Assembly: GCA_973895155.1 (NCBI GenBank)
Contig: OZ316893.1
Location: forward strand, 17,887,836 to 17,951,835
Origin: Marsupella aquatica
Taxonomy: Eukaryota; Plantae; Marchantiophyta
DNA: 64,000 bases
Direction: 5' to 3'
A program made the translations under genes and the position numbers. The notes below the pieces were generated by a model, which had not been told where the DNA came from, did not search any database, and worked only from the letters and a program-made list of their open reading frames with translations. Positions within the stretch are counted from its first letter, which is position 1. Each line of letters begins with the position of its first letter. This document shows, piece by piece, positions 10,979-23,166 of this stretch.

Positions 10979-13900
10979 TGTGGCACGTTTCCCAAGACCT
11001 CTAACCCCAAGAACTACCCTCAACCGATCATAAACCACTTGTTTATGTCCGTCCTCTTGCCTTATGGCAGCTATTCGGCTTGGAAATGTGATACTCTCCT
11101 TCGATCCACACTTACCGGACCGATTCTTTCACTGGGCTTGTGAATTGTGCACAACTGAGACACCTAATTCCTCTTTAACTTCTTTAGGTATATTTGTATT
11201 CCGCCCCCGGAATGTACCTCTACGGCTTAATTTCTTAAGCCGGCTGAAGGTCTTTGTCAGACTGACTCAACCCACACTTCACCGACTAACACTCTCAATC
11301 CTCACTTTTCTCTCAGAGTTTGATTGGGCAGTTTCCAATCAAGACAATGCGATTGTATTTTGCTCAACAATTCACCCTATTTGACTTAAATCGATCAAGC
11401 AATAGATATCATAACACTCAATTTCTTGGATGGCAAGAATCTGCAAACTATGCAATGAGGCCAACTCAATTCAAACAATTCCTCAGAAATCCAAGGGAAC
11501 TGGTGGTTTACTGATACCCTGCGGTCTAGATTTAGCCAAGAGCTTCCTGTGCTCACAACAATACAGATTAACACTAAAGCCTTGACTAAGAAAAAGCCCC
11601 CGAAGCCACGCTGCCCAGGTTTTTATCCTTGCAGCGCATTCAGGAAAAAACAAACGGAAATCCTAACCACCACACACGGCCTTCCACCGCGATAATCCTA
11701 CCAAAAAACTATCACCTAAAAACTTGAATAGCCCGGAACCCTGTGTGAACCGAGCATCTACTACTACCTAAGCTGACAGGGCGCTACTTGCCCTGTCCCA
11801 TCCTACAACGGCCGCGCCCTTCTGGCCCAAGCCCTTCTCCTGCCGCCACGTCCTCCTTCCAACCGATGACTGGCCCTCCTTAATTGTCAGATGACCGGGG
11901 GTAAGTCCGAATCTTCTAACTCTGCACCTTCTCCTGCCATCGGCCCCGGCCTGACCCCTTCGGCTTCCTCGACTTTGGCTTCTGGTTTTCCGGCCCCGGC
12001 CTCGGTCTCGGCATCGGCATCTGCATTGGCATCCTCCTGGGAAACGGCTTGGAGAGCCTTTGCCTTAACTTCCTCAATCCAAGCCTTTTCCCCGATGCGC
12101 TCGGTCTCGATAACCCACGGTTTCACGTTCTGTGCGTCCATAGAAGCAGTACCATCATGTAAACCTTTTACCGCAGCTCCAAGTTGATCCGCAGTACTTA
12201 CCTCTACCACCGCTGCCTTCAGGGCCACAGGTCCACAAATGTGAGCGGCCATGCTCTCGACTTCCTCCGGAGTGGCTTTAAGGGCCTTAACTTTATTATC
12301 GCCTGGCCCCATGAACGTCTTTGCCAAGTCTGCCACCAACTGCATGGCTTTGCCCCCAGTCACGCTTGACAACAGGGAGCTTGGCTTCGGCTTCGGCTTC
12401 ACTATATTTCCGCCTACCATACTACTGTCGGGAAGCCTTTCAGTTGGTGACCCATATCCCGCTTCGGCATACTTCTTCAATTTCTGCGTTTGATTGTCGG
12501 CACGCCTCTGCAACCTGATCATCTTATCCTTGGCCTCCTCCAATTCCTGAGATACGTTTTCAATTTCATCGTTAAGCCGTAGTATCTCGGCCCTGGCCGT
12601 CTTCAAGGCCGTCTTCAACTCCTCATTTAAGATCTGCACGATCTCCAACTCTTGCTTATCTATGGCTGCTTTCAAGGAGTCGTTGATACCTTCCAGTTTT
12701 GTGACCTCGTTCGTCCATGCCTGCTTTGTCCTGGTTAGCTCCTCCTGAAGCTCCTTGCGTATCTGTTGAACCCGATTTAGGTGATCATTGGCCGCCGTGC
12801 ACATGGCGTCATCATGCTTCTCACGCATGGCCTCCAACCGGTCGAGTAACTTATCATACTTCCTTTGGGCTTCTGCCAAGGCCTTTGGGCTTCTGCCAAG
12901 GCCTTTTCGCTTTGGGTGGCCTGCTCCTTAGCCGTCTTTCTAAGCCTCTCAACTTGGCGATTTAAACCCTGTACTTCTACTTTTGAATTGGCTAACTCCA
13001 GCTCTATCTTCGTCAACTTTTCCTTGATCTATTGGTTATCCAATTGGTAGTTTTCCAATTGGTTGTTTGCCACTTCCAATTCCTGCTGCCTAGCCAAGAG
13101 ATCCTGCTGAGTTGGTTGACCAGACTTTGTCTTAGCAACTTCGGCCTCCATGGTGCGAAGCCGAGCGATTACTTCCTCCTTCTTCAATTGCTCCAATGTC
13201 ATTGCCTCCTCCAGTCTCGTCTGATCAGCCATTTCTTTTCTAAGAAATGGCCCGGATTCCAACTCGTAGCTGAAGATTTCTAAGGCTAAGAGTCCACACA
13301 TGTCTCCATACTCCTTAGCCCAATTTCTTGCATAGTTTGACCTCCCAGGTGATACTGGCATCTGCCATCGAGGTCGTCTCTCCCAAGCTTTTGCCCGTAA
13401 TTGGTCGAAGTCAGTGAGAGGTTCGGCTTGCCTCTCACTAAGCCGTCTTATTCCTTCCAGCCACTCTCCTCCTGGTAGCTGGCATTCATGTTCTGCATTT
13501 CGGGCCCCCCACTCCTTAATCTTCTCATGTAGCCCGGCTTCAACTTCCTTCATCTTGTCGAATTCCAATGGCATCACATCTGGTGAGGAGATTCTGGCAT
13601 TTTCTGGTCCTCCGGTTTGCCATAGAAGACCACGGGAAGTCTTCTACAAAACCTTCCCATCGTTCTAACTCCTGGTACCGGCCTCTCCCCGTGATCGACA
13701 TAGTCATCGTCGTAATCATCCACATTAACCTGACTACCTAACATGCCGGCCTCTCCTCCAAAGCCCCCGATCTCTTCCTCTGAAAATTGTTGGGCTGCTG
13801 CTGGTTGACCTTCCTCCACGGGTCCGTTCACTTGGGCTCTGTTAGAAGCTTTTACTACCGGCCTCTCTTGGCCTCGGCTTACCTCCTCATCTGTCTCCAA

Positions 13901-15645
13901 ATCCATTCGCTCGTCATATTTCTTTCTCTCTTTGGTAGTCATCTTCCTCTCGACCAACTGGATGCCTACATATGGATTATTGCGAGTAGGCCGGTGTAAC
14001 GGATTTCTCACTATATCATATGTTACTACCTCTGGCTCCTTGATAGGGGAATGCTCCCATTCTCGTGTTGCCTGTGTTGCCGACCTCCTCCCGTGGTGTC
14101 GTATGTTTAGAGGCTCCTCATCCTCCTCCACCTCCTCAAGTGGTGCAGTGATCTGCATCCGCTCTTGTATAGGCAACACTGGTGCAAAAGACTGGCTTCT
14201 TGCATATCGGCAAAGTAATTGCAGATGGTACCCTAGTCTGGATACCGCTCCCTCCCCAATGCTCTGCTTCTCTTCGTTTAATGCCTTCTTCAACTGCATT
14301 AAGAGATAGCCGTTGTAGTCTCGGCTTGCATCGATATTCTCTACCAAAAATACCTGGGCTTTGCCAATTTCTGCTCTTGGCAAGGTACAATGCAATGTGA
14401 CTCTCAGGAAATCAATCAGCTGCCCTATATGTGGGTTGGTACATTGATTCCTGAAAAACCCATTCTTAGTGGAAGGCCCTGGAAATGACCTGAACTGGTC
14501 GTCCGGCAACGTCTTCCTCTGCTCCACCTTTGTCTTCCTTCTTGTTGGTAAAGCGAACACGGCTTCGATAAGCGCAGGTGTTAATTCGAACACCTTTCCA
14601 TACAGCAGCGTTGTGTTGGAAGAAGCCTCCCAGCATCCCACGAAGTCCAACAGATCCTCATCCGGTATGTCTACCATTCTCCAGGACAACCTGACAATGC
14701 CCTCCAACCCAGTATCATTCATATATCCTGCATATTTGTTATCCTGAACGGCACTGAAGACCTCATCCTCATCTCTTGCGAACTGTAATTATAAATTGGC
14801 AGGTAACTTGTTCGCCCACCCTGTCATGTTTTTATCTTCTACAGCCCGATCTCTAATTGGCCCGGATTCCATCTTGATTGGTCTCTCCGACCTAGTTTGC
14901 TTTGCTGGAGTTGCAGATGCCGAAACTTCCTTGCGCTTCATCTCTTCAGCGCCTGAATACTTCCCAAGAATAGCTGCCTTCGTCCACTTCGCAGTGTGAC
15001 CCTTCAATTCCCAAAGTGGTTGCCCGGCGTTCTTGATTGCCTCCCTGATCCCCACGACCTTATTCTCCTGAATTAGCAATTCGCCAAGCTCTGCACTGGT
15101 GGGTGTCCACAAGAACTTTTCCAACACCTCCTCCGTATCAACGAATGCCAATTTGTGAATTCCCCACAATCACGCAAGCTCTGCTCGTTCTCTGGCTGCG
15201 CGCTCCGGCTCAACGTCTTCATACGTAGGTATCAGCTGCCTTGCTTCTTCAAGCAAACAGCCCCAAAACTTCCCTGCCTGATTCACCATGTTCATTCCAC
15301 CGAATGCCAAGAACTTGCGCAATTTCCCAAACCACCTCCTCCGATCGATCGGCAGCTGATTCCACCTCCCTAGGTTGATCGAACAAGCAATTGCACTAGT
15401 GTATAGAGTGTCGGTCCCCTCCCTACGAAGCCGCCTCCTGATGGCTTACCTGATCAAGCCCTGATTAGGTCATAACCCTAATCCCACTTAATCGCGACCG
15501 TTGGATCAGATCCCATCACAATTTCCCTTGAACATATTGCAATCGGCTTCGATCCTTATAACTCCCTAATTATATCTACCTAATCTTTATTTAGCCATTA
15601 TTTTAGGCTTAACTAAGTACTTCGTGATCCTGGCACGGCATCACA
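10979..15645 (-). repeat. G2 5' LTR, about 4.7 kb
   Basis: TGTGG...TCACA termini, adjacent PBS, homologous to 60107-64000. Unrelated coding sequence starts right after 15645. Confidence 0.8.
11887..15289 (-). pseudogene. G2 LTR-encoded accessory ORF (plant-mobile-domain-like plus long coiled coil)
   Basis: ORFs 14789-15169 (in frame with an ATG at 15289), 13574-14722, 13029-13577, 12777-13016 and 11887-12879. Motif LLDFVGCW..YGKVFELTPALIEAVFALP. A 20-bp duplication at 12862-12901 causes one frameshift. Confidence 0.8.
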
Positions 15646-18600
15646 CAAAATGTGGATGACATTGAGAAATCGGTGGTCAATGTCATTGAAAAGCATGTGA
15701 TGTCATTTGAAGTTGATGCGAATGGGTTACCAAAGGAGCCTCCAAGAATTCCTTTATGTCGTCTCGTTCACATGGAGGTTGTGCGCAATCTTCAGAGGAA
15801 TAGTCAATCGATTGAGAAGCTAAAGGACTTGTTCCGGATATCTAGATACAATTCGTCCATTGGCATGCGCTTTTTTGTTCAGCCATCCAACGCTGAAGGT
15901 AATCCGCAGATTTGTACAGATGAAATTTGGGGCACTTGGGATCCTCTTTGGATCATGGAGAACCAGTTGTTCGAAGCGGAATGTGAATCAGACCCCGCTT
16001 TCCACGTCCTCAAGGACAAAATATTCTATGTTTTTGATGGAAATCATCGGCTGTTTTTGTGGACTCAAGTCACAAACAAGAGTCCAAAGAATCCTAAGTA
16101 TCATCCTGGCATGCAATGCACAATTTTCAAAGGAGACAAGGCATCAATCATCGAGATTGAGGCAACGATGCATATTGTTAACCAGTGAGTTTTCTTTCAC
16201 CACCGACTACTCTTCCCAATTTTGATTGTTTCCCTTCGACAATTTCTCCCTTTTTTCAGGTTGTATTGTTAGGTTAGCGCCAGGCGCTATTTCCAATGTC
16301 CTCAATTTCACAGGACGAGACAGGCAGTGGTAGAGTCTTCTTGGATTTTGGATGCAGAGAGAATCATGAGGATTTTGGCTCATGATCTTGAGTACTACAA
16401 ACCCATAATTGATGAGGCAAATTATGCAAAATTTGAGAAGACAAGGAAAGGAACCCGAAAGGGTTCGTGGTTTACCAAGAAGATGCCAATGGATGCGTTG
16501 GTATACATCTTGTGTGAAAACAAGATCAAATCGTACTCGCAGCAATTTCAGGTGATGAAGAACCAGGCGAGCAGTTCCGACGCTCCATGGTCAGTCGAAG
16601 AGACGAATCTTTGTCACAGTCAGATGATGAAGGAAGCCACTAAGGAGTGGACTGTGAAAACTCCGAAGCTCACTTCCTTGCTGAGCCCAGAGTTTGAAGA
16701 TTTCATGGACACTTGTGTTGAGATGTATTGTCTTACAGATCGACTCAAATGTGAAAAGGTCCCTGAAGCTGTATTCTACACCATGGATAGAGCTTGATGT
16801 TCACTGCCAATTTGGCATTAGATCCAAAATTGCGAAGTACATTGCTTGTTGCACATTGTACTCCCAAGTTAAGGAAACAGTTTTTCCATCCGCTCGGAGT
16901 ATCGGACGACCTCGTGAAGCAGTGGTGCCACACCTGGCATGTTTGGAACACGATTGAGGGGATAGCAACTACTCTCCTTGAGGCATGTTTGAAGGAGGCT
17001 ATGGGTTCATGCACCAAACAACGTCTTACAACACTCGGTGGAGAACTAATTTCCTTTGAGAAGTTGAAGGCTTTGATTGTAGATGATTTTAGAAAGTAGG
17101 GGGATTCCGTAAGGGCCAAGTTTTTCAACACTATTTGGGAGTCCAAGTACGTTGACAAGGAGGATTTGAGTGAAGTGAACCGCAAGAGAGCCAAGAGATA
17201 TTTGTATCGATAGTATGTGAAAATGGAGAGGAGTGACCCGAGCTATTTCTGGGCTCATCCTGGTGCCTTCCAAAAATGGGCCGTTGTGAATATGAGGTCT
17301 GAAGCGTCTGGAGACTTTCTTGGGTACACCATGTACCCACCGGAGGGAAAGTTTCCCCCAAGGAAAATGGCAAAGTGGGAGGTTTTGCATTGTCCGTGGT
17401 ATCTTGACACAGACAAGTTTGATGAGACAGAGAAAGATGCTTTTCACAAGCTATCAAAGAATTTGGAGCCCATAAACATTTTGTCAGAGATGAAGCAGGG
17501 AATTGATGTCGAGATTGATCTCTTGGCGATAGAACTCCAACGGATTTGTGAGACGCAAGTCGTCCAAGTTGCAAGGAGTCGAAACCAAGAGCAAAATCCA
17601 AGCAAGAAACAACCCCAAGTGGATCTCAAAAAGAGACCAAAAAAAGTGAGTTCCTAATTTTGTAGCTTCAAATCTTCGTAATTGTCAATGTTTTATTTGG
17701 TTAGCACCAGGCGCTGTTATTAATGTAACAATTTCTCTAGCAGGATCTCGGAAATCAGATGCAGGGTTGGTGTCGGGTAATGCTTTGACTGCAACTCCAT
17801 AGCTTTCTCGTGACAACAGTCTTGGGAAGGATGAGGATCCGCCAGAGGGGTCAGAGACCCCGGAGGATGTGAGTGCTCCGCCAGTGGATGCCACGAGCAC
17901 TAGGAAGAAGAAGAAACGTTGCGTTTCTACTTCTGGTGGGTCTCACAGGGAAACGCTTGCGGCGACTAGTTTACAGAGGAATGTGGGGGACTTCAAGGGG
18001 AATAAAACCAGGCCCACATTTGTGGAGTCTACCTTGGCATAGTTCTACGATAGTGTGTTTCAGAGGGAAGCCATCTTGGGTTTCTCGTGTAGAGGCCTGG
18101 GGAAAGAATCTTGTGAAGTCGGGTTCTTGATCGAAGGGGGTTATTAGAGGTGGAAAAGTTAGGGCATTTGGTGTCGATGCAGGATTTCTATATCTGCCTA
18201 CCGGATTGAGGCCATCACTTTTTGACAAGAAAGTCCCGAAATGGAATGTGCAAGACCACTCTCTCCCTAGGGCTTTCTTTAGCGCAATGGACCCTTTCCT
18301 ATCGGACGATGGACTTCTGGCTATTCTTCACACTGGAGAATATGACCAGATTTCAGAAGTGATATCTGCATGCCAGCAGTCACAAAACTTTGACTGTATT
18401 GCATCGTATATAGTTGTCATGGGGTTTCCTATGTACAAACCTAAGTCTGACACTCAAGTACTTAATGACATCCATTCTGGTCGGGTATGGCACACGTGAC
18501 AGTAAACAGGAAAGAGATTTATTGGTACCAGCAAAATTTTTCCTGTTACCAGCAAAAACTTACTGTTACCAGGAAAAATAACCATGTCAAAATATTTTCT

Positions 18601-19558
18601 AAAAAGTCTAATTTTCCAAAAAAATTTAAGTTACAACATCTTTTGGCTAGCTTTGGGCGCTAGCAAATAAAATGAAATTTTGAAAAACAAAACCCTTTTT
18701 TTCCCCAAAAACAAATTTCAAAAAAAATTCACAAAAAATTCACAAAAAATTACCACTCATTTTCTTGTTACCAGTTTCTGTTACTGTTTGCTGTTTCCTG
18801 TCGTTTGTAAATACCCCTTTTGGCCAGCGCCAGGACCTAACCTTGTATATCATTCATTTTGGCCAGCGCTAGGCGCTAATGTTGTATATCGTTCATTTTG
18901 GCCAGCGCCAGGCACTAATCTATGTCTTTTTATGTCATGACCTTACTATTCTATTGTTTTGTAGATCTTCACGCTACGGTTGGATATATTCGATCGGGTT
19001 TTGAGAAAATAAACAATACCAAAAGATCCCAAGTTCCGTCCATTGTTGCCTTTCGAAGATCCTTCAATTACAAATCTGGTAGGACTTCCGTCTTTAAAGT
19101 CGGATCCAATGCCATAACTTGTGGCTTGTGGAAATGGGCGGCTCACAGTTGCTTTTATGCAGTCCATTATAGAGATCATCTCCTGTCCAGGGGATATTGT
19201 GATCGACTGGACCTGTTGCTCAGGAAGTTCATTCGTGGCGGGAGACTATTATGGTAGATTTGTTGTTGGGGTGGAAGGGCGAACAGAGTTTGTCACGGCT
19301 TCAAAGTGTATCTTAGCTGACCTTTTGGAGCCAAAATCAACTTTGACTCCAGAGAAGAGATTGTCAAGGAAAGTGAAAGAGAAGTTGGATAGAGTACGAT
19401 CAATTTTGAACTTTGATTCCGAAGAGAGCGAGCCGGATGTTGCTGGGGAATCTGATGAGGAAAAGATTCCAGTTGTCAATCTAGGAGACAACGAGGGAGA
19501 GAAAACAAATCCCTCAGGATCAAAATATGATTTCGAGGATGAGGAGTCTTCTAAGTAA
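15646..19558 (+). pseudogene. Spliced ParB/Srx-domain plus N6/N4-DNA-methyltransferase-like gene, copy A (5' end displaced by G2)
   Basis: ParB-like IPLCRL..FYVFDGNHRL. MTase-like VDAGFLYLPTGL, FLSDDGLLAILH, IIEIISCPGDIVIDWTCCSGSSFVAGDYYGRFVVGVE. Predicted GT-AG introns at about 16185-16313, 17646-17743 and 18458-18964. Confidence 0.75.
18491..18808. mobile_element. MITE-like insertion in an intron
   Basis: Inverted repeats GACAGTAAACAGGAAA (18498-18513) and TTTGCTGTTTCCTGTC (18787-18802), 14/16 match. AT-rich interior; no TSD found. Confidence 0.6.
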
Positions 19559-19631
19559 TGCTCGTAAGTTCACTCCAAATGTACAACTGTTTTCAACAAC
19601 ATATTTTTGGTAAACTTAGTGTTTGTTTTAA

Positions 19632-19944
19632 TATGGATGAAACTTTCAGGTTGGAGTGGAATACGCGAAGAAGGTTTGAACTCCGGAAAATGATCGCTGA
19701 AGCTATGGAGATTACACCAGAAAAACCATTTATTCTCCCATCCTATGCTGAGAAAGCCGCCAGAAAAGTAGAGAGGTCTCGGACATTATCTTGGGAAACA
19801 AAAGGTCTAAGACTTAGAAGAGGTTCTGATAGGAAGTTTTTGGTGAACAAATTTGTGGATGACATGTGCCGGAGTGAGTTTGTGGACGACGAGGCGGAGT
19901 CAACCGATAGATCCGATAGTAGTGAGACAGAGTCATCTGAGTAG
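19632..19944 (+). CDS. Small conserved protein or terminal exon downstream of the MTase-like gene
   Basis: LPSYA..KFVDD plus an acidic tail, similar to LPCYA..KFVND at 56058-56312 in the same position relative to copy B. Confidence 0.5.
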
Positions 19945-21789
19945 ATCATTTATGAGAACCCCATTTGTATCATTTCCATCGTATAAAAATGTTCAGACAT
20001 GAACAAATATTTGTAGTCAAATTGGTATATTGTGTTCACAAGTGAGCTTGGAGAAATATGAAAGTTCAATATTTCACTTTAGCGCCTAGCTTCATTCCAG
20101 AGACTATTGCAAAACTTGGATTCAGATTATTTTGGGGACATGCTCTGGGTGACTCGTATTGTATAGCGTCTGGCATTGATCAAATAACATGTTTTCGGAA
20201 TTTCCAAGGAACGAAAATGATATGGAAATGACTTTGTTTTTGATAGCGCCAGGCGTTAGTCAATAATATGCCTTCCAGAACGAGTATTACCGTTGAAGTT
20301 TTGTCGGTTAAGTGAAATGAACGTTAGCACCCATTGGAGCGATATTCCCCGTCGGTCCATTCTCATGCGTTGGTTTGGTCGTATGTCCGTTGAATCCAAA
20401 AAATGGCAATCCTTTGAGGGGGCATACATTCAAGTATCTATTCACAGTGTGACCGTCAGTCAGCGAAACAAGTATCTCCGGGAGGCCTAAGAGCACAGTG
20501 TGAATAGCTGGAATGAAACTCGTCTGGAGGGCTTAAGAGTCTAACCGTCAGTCAGCGAAACTGTCACAAGCGTTGAGTAACCCGATCAAAGTAACCGTCA
20601 GTGGACGATATGGAGCGTCTTGGTGTCAATGTCGATAACATTGTGCGGCCCCAGAGGGAAGTGCCAGCATTGGAGGAGCAGACCGATCAGACGGTCAACT
20701 TTGGGTCATCGACATCGATTGCAGACACCGAGACTTGCGTGACCAAGACTTCCGACATAAGGAATCGTCTCCAGCTGCCTGCAGACGAGGATATGAGCCC
20801 GGGTAAATGGAACATTCCTTGGCTTCCTGATTCTCCTCCGAGGCCATTTCATGAGAGATTCTCAATTCATTATCCAACTCCCGAACATCCTTCATCGAAT
20901 GTCTTCTGGGATGTGGAATTTCAGTCTGCCTAATTTCTTGGTCGTATCAATTTCTATGATACAAACCTTCTTGAGTCTTCATCGCGCCCTTCGCAAAGGC
21001 TTCCAAGTGCGCGGTACGTTGCAACTCGAACATTTGGCTTTCGACAGAAGCCAAAACGCAAGAAGGCAGGGCTCAACAACAAATGTGAATCTTTGTTTGA
21101 TTTGGGATCATCCTAGGATCATGGTGGTCATGGTCTGGGTAGCGCCTAGCGCTACTCATTTCATGGAGGAGACCCACATCCGGTTTGTAGTTTGGAATTG
21201 GAGGAGGTGCACTTGGTGCTTCATTTTGGGGTTAGGCTAGGCTTGTGAATGGGTTCTTTCACCGAGGGTTACTCTGTTAGAGTGAGGTTGACTACAGTTC
21301 GCAGGGCTCAATGACGGATTTGGGTCTTTCTCTGATCCGGCATTCTTGAATAGAATTGTGGTTAGACTCTTAGGCCTCCCGGAGATACTTGTTTCGCTGA
21401 TGCGATCTGTGATCCGATGAATAATTTTGAATCGGTGGAGGTGGACTTTAGGCTCCTCATTTTGGAATTTTGTATTGTGCTTCATTAGTAGAAGTGTGTA
21501 TACACAATGTTTTCGCTTTAGTAAAAATAATTTTTGGCTTGAGTTTTGTGAACTGGTATCATTATGTTTTTCATTTTTGGGTAGCGCCTGGCGCTATGAT
21601 GTTTCATGGTTGTGTTTCATTATGGTATTCATTTTTGGGTAGCGCCTGGCGCTATGATGTTTTCACGTTTGAGTCGATCACTATGTTTGGAACCATGGAT
21701 GATTAAAAGTGAACATTGCTTTGGATTTTGAGAGTTTTTACCCATTGACTAGCCGGGTTATTCATGGAATATTCTCTTTGCACATGTTA

Positions 21790-21882
21790 TTTTGGGATAT
21801 ATTGTTGACATTTTGGTTGAATTATTTTCCTGTTTCCTTTTTGCTGTTTCCTGTTTGGATTTTCCTGTTTCTTGGCACGGTG
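21790..21882. mobile_element. Candidate right terminus of the DNA transposon carrying copy A
   Basis: The reverse complement CACCGTGCCAAGAAACAGGAAA resembles the MITE left end CACACGTGACAGTAAACAGGAAA. Repeated TTTCCTGTTT subterminal motifs. Confidence 0.4.
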
Positions 21883-23166
21883 GTGATACCCTATGGTTAA
21901 TGTGTAAAGTTTTTTGGAGGGATACATGTTGGGGGATAATATTGTTGGCGATCTTCGCTAACAATAAGTTGTCCTATACAACATACAAAATATGAAAGTC
22001 TACCCGTCAATTGATACTCTTTATCAATATACAATATTATATGTCAATATTGCTAGTGAGGATATATTCTTGTTATCTTGGCTTAACAACAATGCTGCAA
22101 AGTGAACATATGAGGACAATTTATCCAAAAGTTGCACAAATTTTCCTTATACCATGAGTTTTTTTCCTAATAACAGTAAAATTTCTCCTTTTTATTAACA
22201 TCGTTAGTATACCCTTCAGTAGAGTTCTACTAGGGAACCTGTCTTGCTCAATTCTCTCCTCGCTCTCTCTCACTCTGTGTCTCTCTCTGTCTTGCTCTCC
22301 ATTGTCTCCACTTTCCATCATCCTCTCTCCTGATTGTTGGCACTTGCATTCTGCTTTTGTTATGAAGCTTCAATTGCTTCTTTGCCTCTGCTGAGGTGTG
22401 ATTTCAACTCCGCGGTCCAGTCCTGTCCTCAGTTGCAGAGTGCTAATTTGTGTCTTGCAACAACCCTTCAAAACTGTGCACTGCAATGCTCCATCTCCAA
22501 TTTTATGAATTAGAAGTTAATACGCGCGCCTATATGCTTGACTTGTGCCTTTTGAGGCTTTTGGATTAGAGGTTGCTACTATCCAATCTCAGAGCCCTAA
22601 ACTTCAAATTTCCTCTATGCAATTCTACCTCTACATTCATGTTTTGCCAACAAGAAGAACGCAAAGGGAGCGGGCCACTCTTCCATTGACTACTTTGCCA
22701 CTGTATGTATTTAATGCACAGGACATTAATGAAATGTGACACTCTATAATCTACTCCTATGCGGACAACTGATGAGCCAAACTCTATTTGTGGCACTCTA
22801 TCAGAACATTTTTCCACCCGATTGAGAGCTTTCTCTTTTGCCAAGCTAGGCACAAAGAAATCATTCCAGGGTTTCTGAATGCCTGAGGTCTGTAATCACT
22901 CCGAGCCCTCTGCATTGTCATTGCTTTGTCTTCAGTGGTGGTCAGGCCTTTGTGCTACCATTGCCAAGATTTTATTTGCTGCCTGCAGACTTGCATGTTT
23001 GCTTCAATTTGCTACTCTACGGCTAGTCATTAGTTTTCTTTCACGATTAGCGAGTGTCCAATGTTAGAGTCCTGGGTCTCCTGGCATGTCTGTAGCAGCT
23101 TTTGTCTATTCCATTCAACTCCACTAAGACTGGCCATACTGTGTTGTTTCTATCGGGGTTGAAGTC

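Larger units (their letters stand above)
9427..15645 (-). mobile_element. Ty3/Gypsy element G2: 5' LTR, PBS and gag interrupted by G1
   Basis: gag 9427-10915, PBS 10957-10974, LTR 10979-15645. Inserted into the ParB-MTase-like gene. Confidence 0.9.
16275..21654. repeat. Dispersed palindrome TAGCGCCWGGCGCTA, about 11 copies
   Basis: Copies at 16275, 17702, 18825, 18864, 18903, 20080 (partial), 20164, 20244, 21140, 21582 and 21640. All lie in predicted introns or downstream non-coding DNA. Confidence 0.9.

Noticed and set aside
11887-13577. Envelope-like gene or host myosin/SMC gene
   Set aside because: No signal peptide or transmembrane segment is visible; it is a generic coiled coil belonging to the LTR ORF.
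199-15000. Numerous short plus-strand ORFs over the Gypsy elements
   Set aside because: Antisense shadows of the minus-strand coding regions, with no recognisable motifs.
22054-22058. TAGTG as a CACTA terminus
   Set aside because: A 5-mer with no partner TIR or subterminal repeats that I could identify.
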